Origin: a virus
Lineage: Duplodnaviria; Caudoviricetes
Virus record (IMG/VR): IMGVR_UViG_3300035498_000319
Location: 1 to 64,000 of that record
Reading direction: 5' to 3' (one strand)
DNA: 64,000 bases
Numbering within the stretch: position 1 is the first letter of the stretch; each line of letters opens with the position of its first letter. Below, in pieces: positions 51,039 through 59,287 of the stretch. Below the pieces are notes generated by a model. The model was given only the letters and a program-made list of their open reading frames with translations. It did no database searches and was not told where the DNA came from. A program made the position numbers and the translations under genes.

Positions 51039-52850
51039 ATGGATTACGATAGAAAGAGTCGTTATGACTCTCAGCTACAAAAGAAAGAGAAAACTGATAT
51101 CATTGATATAGCAGTAGATCTACATACGTTAGATCTCTTTTGTAAGATGGTTGTGTCTACTAGTAAATATATTAGACATGCTAACTTAGTAAATATTTCA
51201 AAATTCATTTCTATAGTAAACCCTGAAAGATATAGAAATGATCCAGAGAAAGCAAAGCGGATAAATTTTATTAAGAAAGGTTTAGAAGCAAGAATAGGGT
51301 TAAACATCATCGATCCATATCTTATCGTACAGCATATCAATGGTGGAGTTATTGTAGACGATGGAATCGTCGATTTAGATAACTTCGAGGATATTCCTGC
51401 GGCAGAACTCGAATTCATCAATATGATGGTTTCGCAGACTTTGAATTATGCCTCGATCTATACGAGCGTAGACAAGATTATGGATGTATGCACAAGATTT
51501 AAATCGGGAGAATATAGCAATAGAGGTGAAATTGTAGAAGATATTAAGAATACTCTAAATGGAGTACAGAATGAATTTCGAAGAAATAGAAATAAAGATC
51601 GCATGGATATGATATTTAGTCTAAGAGACGAAATCTTTGACGAATCAATTAGAGAGACCTATAATAGAGCGGCAAGCCCTAAGAGAAAACTCTGCACTGG
51701 AATGCAGGGTATGAATGAACTTCTTGGCGGTGGATTTGAGCCAGGAAGAGTATATGTCTATTTTGGACTTCCAGGTGAAGGTAAGAGCGCAACAATCCTA
51801 AATCTAATGTATCAAATTAAGAAGTATAATTGCAGTTATCAATGCAAAGATCCAACTAAACGTCCATGTATTGTAATGCTTACAATGGAAAACTCAGTAG
51901 AAGAAACCATTGAAAGATTGTTTGGCATTGCAACTGGTAGACCGAAAATGACAGATTTTGATGCTGATACTGCTATCAATATTCTTAAAACGGAGGGAAG
52001 ATTAAATTTAACTCCTGAAGACCCGATAGATATTATCATTCAGTATAAGCCAACCAATTCTGTAGATACAAGTTATCTTTATACTCTTTCAGATGATCTT
52101 GAAGATCAAGGTTATGAGGTAATTGCATTCTTTCAGGATTATATTGGACGTATTAGATCTACACAGCATTACACCGATATTCGCCTAGAATACGGTATGG
52201 TTGTAGACGACTTTAAAGTATTCTCCCAATTTAAAGATATTCCCGTCATTACTGTGTCTCAGTTAAATAGAGATGCAAGCCAAAAGATTGATGATGGGAA
52301 ACGCGCTAGTAGGACAGACTTAGTGCGTATTCTAGGAAGAAGCAATATCAGTGAATCAATGATGCTACTTAATAATTCAGATGGTTGTTTTACTATTACT
52401 CCTGAGTATACAGCAGAAGGCAAGAAATATCTTGGAGTACAGAGAATTAAGAAGAGATATGAAGCTAGTTCGCTCGACTGTATCTTCTTGCCGTTCTCTA
52501 ATCCTAATAGTATTAAACTTCTCGAAGATTTTGGCTCTGAGCCTGTATTTAAGAAGACTTTGAGAACTCAGATGAATACTCAGTCTAATCCTTCTACTGG
52601 TACTGGATTTAAGATGAATGAAGTGAAAGACTTTGAAAAGTCTAAATCCCTTAATCATACACCCGTATTTAATACATCTATCTATAGTGCTAATACTATA
52701 GATTCTATTCAAGATTTCGTACCTTTGATCGATCCTATGGTGTTTTATGAGAAACCAAAGATGGTAATTCCGTTATCATCTGCAATGATCGATCCTATTG
52801 CATTTAAACCGAGAAATCAACAACTCATCGATCCGATGGTTTTTTATTAA
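51039..52850 (+). CDS. dnaB: DnaB-like replicative helicase
   Basis: Walker A GLPGEGKS, LTMEN, QDYIG, VSQLNR, SES. Confidence 0.9.
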   Translation: MDYDRKSRYDSQLQKKEKTDIIDIAVDLHTLDLFCKMVVSTSKYIRHANLVNISKFISIVNPERYRNDPEKAKRINFIKKGLEARIGLNIIDPYLIVQHINGGVIVDDGIVDLDNFEDIPAAELEFINMMVSQTLNYASIYTSVDKIMDVCTRFKSGEYSNRGEIVEDIKNTLNGVQNEFRRNRNKDRMDMIFSLRDEIFDESIRETYNRAASPKRKLCTGMQGMNELLGGGFEPGRVYVYFGLPGEGKSATILNLMYQIKKYNCSYQCKDPTKRPCIVMLTMENSVEETIERLFGIATGRPKMTDFDADTAINILKTEGRLNLTPEDPIDIIIQYKPTNSVDTSYLYTLSDDLEDQGYEVIAFFQDYIGRIRSTQHYTDIRLEYGMVVDDFKVFSQFKDIPVITVSQLNRDASQKIDDGKRASRTDLVRILGRSNISESMMLLNNSDGCFTITPEYTAEGKKYLGVQRIKKRYEASSLDCIFLPFSNPNSIKLLEDFGSEPVFKKTLRTQMNTQSNPSTGTGFKMNEVKDFEKSKSLNHTPVFNTSIYSANTIDSIQDFVPLIDPMVFYEKPKMVIPLSSAMIDPIAFKPRNQQLIDPMVFY

Positions 52851-52884
52851 TAGATTATCTAGGAGGATTATATCCTCCTAGATT

Positions 52885-53304
52885 TTAGCTTCCGCCATAT
52901 GTAGTATTATACACTTTAATACTATCTATTTCGGAATTATAAATATAGCTCATAAGCTGAGACATATAATCTCTACTAAGCATAAGGAAAGTCCTCTTAT
53001 TAAATTCTTTTACATCAGCCATATCGTTGATTAGAAGAATTACAAAATATAATTCAGGATTTCCATATATATTATAGCAGAGAAGTTTCGGCTTATACAT
53101 ATACTTTCTATATTCATCATCACTGAGTTTAACGGTTACACATAAAGATCTAATCTCATCCATGTAGTCATTGATTACATCGAGAATAGATACTTGCGTA
53201 CCATTGGACATAGTTTCAAGAAAGGAGAATGACTTGTATGATAGAGAAGTATTAGAAGCAGAAGAGACGAACTCCTCGATAGTAGTTGTATTCTTAGGTA
53301 GCAA
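52885..53304 (-). CDS. Baseplate wedge protein, T4 gp53-like
   Basis: YKPKLLCYNIYGNPELYFVILLIN motif. Confidence 0.75.
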   Translation of the reverse strand: MLPKNTTTIEEFVSSASNTSLSYKSFSFLETMSNGTQVSILDVINDYMDEIRSLCVTVKLSDDEYRKYMYKPKLLCYNIYGNPELYFVILLINDMADVKEFNKRTFLMLSRDYMSQLMSYIYNSEIDSIKVYNTTYGGS

Positions 53305-53422
53305 TTCTATATGCCTCCTTTAGATAATTATCAGGGGTTTAACTCTAAATTAATTTATAGTTTTATCTTGCACTTTCCAAGGAGGTGCAGGGGATAATTT
53401 TATTTAGAAGGAGATATTTCAC

Positions 53423-53944
53423 ATGGATGAATTATCAAGAAAGTTTAATAATATGCTTATGTCTGAGGTCGGTTTTGATATCGACAAGACTGGTCATATT
53501 GTAGATCAAGATACTGGAGAGAAAGTACAGTTTAGCGAAAGGGATCTGGTTGCTTATGGAACTGGGATGCATTATCCTAAAGGGTCTGTAGAAGAGTTTG
53601 ATCCCTATAATAGTAGCAAAATGATGTCTCAAACTTTCTCCTACTATATGGAGAAACTCCAAGAAAGTGGAGAAGTTCCGCACTATAACATCATGTACAA
53701 TGTAGATGATGACGATAATAAAGCAAGATTCGAGATTAAGAATGAAGACAGTAAGCTGGTATCTAAGGGATATCTGAGAGATCAATGCAGATATGCCGAT
53801 ATTATTCTTCAGCTTAATGGAGAACCTGAGCCTGATCTTAGCGAATTTGATATTCCTAAAGCGGTTCAAATCGCTAATCAGAAAAAAGAAGTTAAGAAGA
53901 AATATGATAAGAAGAAGAAAGAGATTAAGAAGAAGACTAAGTAA
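53423..53944 (+). CDS. Hypothetical protein with Lys-rich tail
   Basis: 173 aa, AAGGAG RBS. Confidence 0.6.
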   Translation: MDELSRKFNNMLMSEVGFDIDKTGHIVDQDTGEKVQFSERDLVAYGTGMHYPKGSVEEFDPYNSSKMMSQTFSYYMEKLQESGEVPHYNIMYNVDDDDNKARFEIKNEDSKLVSKGYLRDQCRYADIILQLNGEPEPDLSEFDIPKAVQIANQKKEVKKKYDKKKKEIKKKTK

Positions 53945-53958
53945 AGAGAGGAAAAGCT

Positions 53959-54207
53959 ATGTATAGTACGAAAACTGTAATAAAGCAAATTGATGAATTC
54001 ATTGAGGCCAACTTCGATAAGGAGAATTACAAAGTCGAAGTTAATGAATATATAAGACATGTCTTAGCGAATATCGATCGTCCCGACATTGATATCTATA
54101 GAAAGATGATATGGGACTATGTAAACTTTAAGGAGCACATGAAAGAAGAGGAGGCTAGGAAGTATGAATATAGAGCTGAATCAGAAACAGTTGGAGATTG
54201 TAACTAA
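53959..54207 (+). CDS. Hypothetical protein
   Basis: 82 aa, GAGG RBS. Confidence 0.5.
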   Translation: MYSTKTVIKQIDEFIEANFDKENYKVEVNEYIRHVLANIDRPDIDIYRKMIWDYVNFKEHMKEEEARKYEYRAESETVGDCN

Positions 54208-55384
54208 AGCAGTTACTTGGTTCTTCTCTGGTTCAGAACAGGTCTTCCAGTTTTCTGGAGGACCTGGTACTGGAAAGTCTGTTGTGCTGAATGCTATAGT
54301 AGATGCTATAGCAGCTAAGAGAAAAATCAATGTTGCTCCTATGGCTTATACGGGAGCGGCGGCAATCGTAATGAGAATGAAGGGCATGCCTAATGCTCGT
54401 ACTATTCATTCTTGGTTATACGTCTGTGTAGAAGACGTTATGCTCGATGATATGGGACAACCTATCATGGACAAATACTTCAATGTACCTGTTACTAGAA
54501 CGAGATTTGTTAGAAACGATGAAGAGTTGGCTAATATAGATCTCATAGTGATAGATGAAGGAGGAATGGTTCCATTAGAGATGAAGGATGATCTCCTAGC
54601 AATAGGAAAGAAAATCCTAGTGGCTGGAGACATTAATCAGATTCCTCCTATAACGGGATCATCTGCTTTCCTTACTACAGGAAGAGTAGAGATTCTTACA
54701 GAGATAATGAGACAAGCAGAGAACTCTGCTATTGTATATTTATCTCAAAGAGCACTTCATGGATTACCTATTCATTTAGGTAACTATGGAGATTGCTTAG
54801 TCATTCAAGAGCATGAGCTTACAATGGAGATGCTCGCTTATGCTAATATCATTCTCTGTGGAACCAATAATACAAGAGAAAAATATAATCGGTTCTATAG
54901 ACGAGAAATTATGCATTGCGAAGGTCCATTACCTCATATGGGAGAGAAGTTAATCTGTAGAAAGAATAACTGGACTCTTCAAGCTGGAGGAATTAATCTA
55001 ACCAATGGAATGTCTGGTATAGTGATTAATGAACCCGATGTAAGAAGCTTTAAGGATAAGCTATTTACAATAGACTTTAATCCTGTATTGACTAACTGCC
55101 CTTTCTATGATATAGAGGTAGACTATGAATATTTCATAGCTCCTTTTAATAGAAAGCAGGAGTTAAAGATGTTAAGAAGACCAAAGCAAGCTAATCAGTT
55201 TGATTTTGGTTATGCTCAAACGGTTCACACTTCTCAGGGTTCTCAATGGAATACTGGTATTTATATTGAAGAACCTATGAGAGATATGAATAAATTAAAC
55301 TATACGGCTATATCAAGATTCTCTAAAGCTTGTATAATCGTAAAAAACAATGCTAAATATTATACTGGAGGTAATTTATTATGA
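54164..55384 (+). CDS. RecD/Dda-like SF1B helicase
   Basis: GGPGTGKS, TIHS, IDEGGM, GDINQIPP, EIMRQ, YAQTVHTSQGSQW, YTAISR. Confidence 0.9.
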   Translation: MNIELNQKQLEIVTKAVTWFFSGSEQVFQFSGGPGTGKSVVLNAIVDAIAAKRKINVAPMAYTGAAAIVMRMKGMPNARTIHSWLYVCVEDVMLDDMGQPIMDKYFNVPVTRTRFVRNDEELANIDLIVIDEGGMVPLEMKDDLLAIGKKILVAGDINQIPPITGSSAFLTTGRVEILTEIMRQAENSAIVYLSQRALHGLPIHLGNYGDCLVIQEHELTMEMLAYANIILCGTNNTREKYNRFYRREIMHCEGPLPHMGEKLICRKNNWTLQAGGINLTNGMSGIVINEPDVRSFKDKLFTIDFNPVLTNCPFYDIEVDYEYFIAPFNRKQELKMLRRPKQANQFDFGYAQTVHTSQGSQWNTGIYIEEPMRDMNKLNYTAISRFSKACIIVKNNAKYYTGGNLL

Positions 55385-55977
55385 GTAACGAGAATGAGAA
55401 GGTATTGGTTGACCCTATGTCTTTTAAGCCTGGTTCTGAATTTTCAGACCAGAAACCTGAGAAGACATTCGGAGTGGACATGATTCCGGATAAGGACGTA
55501 GAGAAGAAGACTTATATTCTTCTTCTGAAGCTTGAGGATTATATCACTGATCTGGAGACAGATGAGTGTGGTATCTTCGTAGTATGTGAAGGAAGAACTG
55601 CCGCGTATCGGATGATTGAAAACTATCTCCAGAGATATGGAGCTTCTGTTTTCAATGTATATGATTCTCGGATTCTTACCGAGACAAAGCAGACCAACTC
55701 TAAGACCAATAAGAGAGAGTACTTTATGATTAACTACGATAAAGCTATCTCTGTCTATGGGTTCTGCAAGACGGTAGAAGGATTCTATGGAAAGATGGGA
55801 TTCTCTATTGATGAATATGTAGATGACTCTGAAGCTTATGAAGGCTCTGAGTTAGAAGCTGAGGATAATGAAGTAGCTTCTGAAGATGATGAAGCTATGA
55901 ATTACTTCAAGGCTCATGCTACAGATGAAGTAGGTCAAGTGCCTCTCGACTATGATGGTGAAGGCCAAAATGTATGA
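55381..55977 (+). CDS. Hypothetical protein with acidic tail
   Basis: 198 aa; N-terminal LVDPMSF motif. Confidence 0.6.
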   Translation: MSNENEKVLVDPMSFKPGSEFSDQKPEKTFGVDMIPDKDVEKKTYILLLKLEDYITDLETDECGIFVVCEGRTAAYRMIENYLQRYGASVFNVYDSRILTETKQTNSKTNKREYFMINYDKAISVYGFCKTVEGFYGKMGFSIDEYVDDSEAYEGSELEAEDNEVASEDDEAMNYFKAHATDEVGQVPLDYDGEGQNV

Positions 55978-56017
55978 CAATTATATATTATAGTAATGAT
56001 CCACATGGATATAATAT

Positions 56018-56473
56018 ATGAAAGGAGAATACAAAATGGATCAACGACAAAAACCACAAAGAAGACCTACTAGAGGTCCTCATTATTCTAATCCTGATCC
56101 CATGTCTAATGTAAGAGACATGGGACGGTATGGCATACGGGTGATGCGGGATATAGCCAAGGGGAAGTTCAACTTCTTCAATGATGGGCATATATTCCGC
56201 AATCTCGACTTTGTCAAAGCTACTATGAAGGAGGTCGAGAAAGAGCTTCTTAGAGCGAATATTCATGTTACCGCTATGCAGTATACTTACGGCAATAGCG
56301 ATAACCCTGATGTTCAAGGAGTGCTCATGGCTGATATGAGAAGAGTAGAAGGATGGACTCTTGTTTACAATCAGCTCATGAGTGTTCTCAATAATGCTGT
56401 AGATGGGAATGGAGATTCTCGATTTATAGCTCCTTTGTTAAAGGAATTACAGAGATATAAGAATTCTCTGTAA
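56018..56473 (+). CDS. Early hypothetical protein (likely start 56036)
   Basis: Early promoter 55982-55991; AAGGAG before MDQRQ. Confidence 0.6.
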   Translation: MKGEYKMDQRQKPQRRPTRGPHYSNPDPMSNVRDMGRYGIRVMRDIAKGKFNFFNDGHIFRNLDFVKATMKEVEKELLRANIHVTAMQYTYGNSDNPDVQGVLMADMRRVEGWTLVYNQLMSVLNNAVDGNGDSRFIAPLLKELQRYKNSL

Positions 56474-56566
56474 GAGAACATATCAGTAGAGCATCAGCTT
56501 ATGGGTCTATAGAGATTAAATGCTCTATAGACCCAATTTTATTTTTTATAAAGGAGGAATTTTTTT

Positions 56567-57892
56567 ATGACTGTCGATCAGGTAAACTATCTGAAGGAAC
56601 AGTTGAATGCGGAAAAGAGCGACGGTAAGATGGTCGCTAATTCTACATACTATGTCGGTAATGATGGTGTAACCATCAGAAACAATAACGACTTTGTTAT
56701 CTTCGATAATGACCATGAAATGCTTCATTGCATCGCAGCAAATCCGAATAGCTATGTTAAGGATGAGACTCCTTATACAATGTATAGCATGGGCTATGAT
56801 AACATCAATCTCACAGAAGCTAATCTGAACTTTGAAGGTCTGACTATTCTACTTGATGGAATGCTCAAGGATCTTGTAAGTGAGGATCAGAAGAATCTGA
56901 TTGTTAAGTGGGCTCAGCATCTGCCTAGTCTGCCTCTATCTCCTGCTGTCAGCACAGGCTACTATAATAATGTACCTGAGGTTAGACGCAAGGCTCTAGT
57001 TGCAGATAAGGTAGTAGATGTAACTAAGATTGGTGCAGGAGCTACTTCGACTTCTATTAAGTCTATTAGTGTCGCTGAACTGACTGAGTTCCTGTCTACT
57101 ATGTCTGAAGGCTCTTCTATTATCCTTCAGAAGACCAATAGTGGAGTAACTGATACTCTTGCCATTGGTACTGATAATGTAACTATCAATGGTGGTAAGA
57201 ATACTCTGTCTAATGCTATTACTATTACTGGTAATGGTGTAACTCTGACAGATGCTACTATCACCAATGGATCTATTACCGATACGAGCAATTCTGCTCA
57301 TATGCTGGTTATTAGCGGTGATGATACAGTTGTTAAGAACTGCACTATTACAGATGCAAATACTAAGATGAGAACCGCTATTATTATGAATTCTCATACT
57401 GCTACGTTTGAGAATTGCACATTTAGCGGTAATGCTCAAATCTATAATAGCTTTGAGGCTTCTCAGTCTGTAGATGGTAAGATCAAGTCTATTGCTTTTA
57501 AGAACTGCTCGTTCTCCTCGGATGCTTGCACAAACAACAATGTCTCCATGTACCAGTTTGAAGATGGGGCTACAGTGCTGTTTGAGAACTGCAAGTTTGT
57601 CTGTGCTAAGAACAATAATGCAGTACGTCTGTCTAACTATAGCAATGCTAAGGTCAATATCATCTTTAACAACTGCGAATACTCTACGGTTGAAGCTGGA
57701 GAGTGGTCTGGACTGCTTCTGCTCCAGAATATCCATTCTGGAGAAGATACAGAGGACTTTGGCCTGTTCACTATCAACTTCAAGAATCTCCATAAGCCGA
57801 ATGGTAATAAGTATACCTCTAATGGTACTGGCATTAACCGTATCTGGTATACCTATAACTCTGAGACTGTCCCGAATGTAAACTTCTCTTAA
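56567..57892 (+). CDS. Late protein with right-handed beta-helix (pectin-lyase-like) domain
   Basis: Repeated (F/V)xNCxF/NCTI stacks; late promoter 56477-56488. Confidence 0.65.
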   Translation: MTVDQVNYLKEQLNAEKSDGKMVANSTYYVGNDGVTIRNNNDFVIFDNDHEMLHCIAANPNSYVKDETPYTMYSMGYDNINLTEANLNFEGLTILLDGMLKDLVSEDQKNLIVKWAQHLPSLPLSPAVSTGYYNNVPEVRRKALVADKVVDVTKIGAGATSTSIKSISVAELTEFLSTMSEGSSIILQKTNSGVTDTLAIGTDNVTINGGKNTLSNAITITGNGVTLTDATITNGSITDTSNSAHMLVISGDDTVVKNCTITDANTKMRTAIIMNSHTATFENCTFSGNAQIYNSFEASQSVDGKIKSIAFKNCSFSSDACTNNNVSMYQFEDGATVLFENCKFVCAKNNNAVRLSNYSNAKVNIIFNNCEYSTVEAGEWSGLLLLQNIHSGEDTEDFGLFTINFKNLHKPNGNKYTSNGTGINRIWYTYNSETVPNVNFS

Positions 57893-58118
57893 GCATATAA
57901 CTAAAAGGTACATGAAATTCATCATGTACCTTTATCTTTATTTTGGCCAAAGTTATAAAATATACCAGACTAAACTTAAAGATAATTGTATATTATAATA
58001 GCGAACAAGGAATAGAATGCATGCCAAAAGCATGTAGTTAGCAATACCCTATTATACTGGATGTATTAGGCAAGCATTTAAAATTCTGAGTATCAAAATA
58101 AATCAGGAGGAGTAAAGT

Positions 58119-58988
58119 ATGTATTACCAGAATCCGTATCAAAATCCTTATAACCCCTACGGGGCCATGTATGGCCAGGGCGTCCAACAGATGCCAAAGG
58201 CAAAAAATACGCAGCCCCTTACGCCGGAAATGATTAGTCAGTTGAGAACTAATAATTCGACACTGACGATTGAGGTTCCGAAAGAGGACCTTTGGCGTGC
58301 CGCATGCACGCATAAGGAGACTGATGGACGCTCTGCCTTGTCCGAGGTCGAGGTCCTCAGCAACGGAGAACGTAAAGTTCGCTGCTCTATTTGCGGTGAA
58401 GAATTTATTCTCACCAATGTAACAGAAAAGGACGTCGAGGATGCAGTTAATACAATTATTAACTATTTGCAAACTTCAAAAACTCTTTATCTGGATGCAC
58501 CGGAGAAGCTGATCACACAATATTACCAGATGATCCCGCTTCTCAAGAAATTGCCCCAGCTTTATACACGGGCAGTGCAAAATTTCGACATGTACGATAA
58601 TGCACTGAACCAGCCAAACTATTATGGTGGGGCTGCAACTAATGGCTTCCAGATGATGGGGGCTATGCTGAACAATCCCTATGCTGGCTATGCTGGTTAT
58701 TATCAGCCTCAGCCTGTTGGTAATCCGCAAGGTTACTATCAGCCCGGCTATATGCCTCAGCAGCCGCAACAGCAATATCCGCAAGGCTATTACCAGCCTG
58801 GATACATGCCTCAGCAGCCGCAACAGCAGGGTTATGTGCCGAATCCCGTAGGTGGTACTAACCCGTTTGCTTATGGACAGGTTCCTGCAAATACAGCAGC
58901 ACCTGCTCCGGCTCCCGCAGTACCGACCCCTCCGCCTGCGGAAAATAAAAATGGGGAAATTGTACAGACCAAGAGCTATCAGGTGTAA
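58119..58988 (+). CDS. Early zinc-ribbon protein with Y/Q/P/G-rich low-complexity termini
   Basis: CTH...CSIC; repeated QGYYQPGYMPQQPQQQ. Confidence 0.7.
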   Translation: MYYQNPYQNPYNPYGAMYGQGVQQMPKAKNTQPLTPEMISQLRTNNSTLTIEVPKEDLWRAACTHKETDGRSALSEVEVLSNGERKVRCSICGEEFILTNVTEKDVEDAVNTIINYLQTSKTLYLDAPEKLITQYYQMIPLLKKLPQLYTRAVQNFDMYDNALNQPNYYGGAATNGFQMMGAMLNNPYAGYAGYYQPQPVGNPQGYYQPGYMPQQPQQQYPQGYYQPGYMPQQPQQQGYVPNPVGGTNPFAYGQVPANTAAPAPAPAVPTPPPAENKNGEIVQTKSYQV

Positions 58989-59037
58989 TTTCATCGGATA
59001 GATCAATAAAACATTTAAAAAATACGGATGATTGCAT

Positions 59038-59078
59038 TATCCCTGTCAGTCTATAATGGCTGACAGGGATACATTCTT
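59038..59078 (+). terminator. Intrinsic terminator
   Basis: TATCCCTGTCAG/CTGACAGGGATA. Confidence 0.75.
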
Positions 59079-59287
59079 TAGCATAGTTATTTGCTTTTTG
59101 TAATATTACAATCGATTGTATATTATAGTAGTGAGAAAATGAATAAGTCTAAGAATTTAACTTTTAGACCTATCCTAAACTAACCAAATTACGTTTATGT
59201 GGGAACACTAAAATTATGAAATCGTTCTAAAAACAAATTAAAGTGAAAAGCTACATGAACTAAAAATTAAAGCGAGGTGTACTCTTT

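Noticed and set aside
53368-53392. Hairpin hiding GGAGG in the leader of 53423 as a riboswitch
   Set aside because: Single simple hairpin; the real RBS (AAGGAG) lies downstream and is unpaired.
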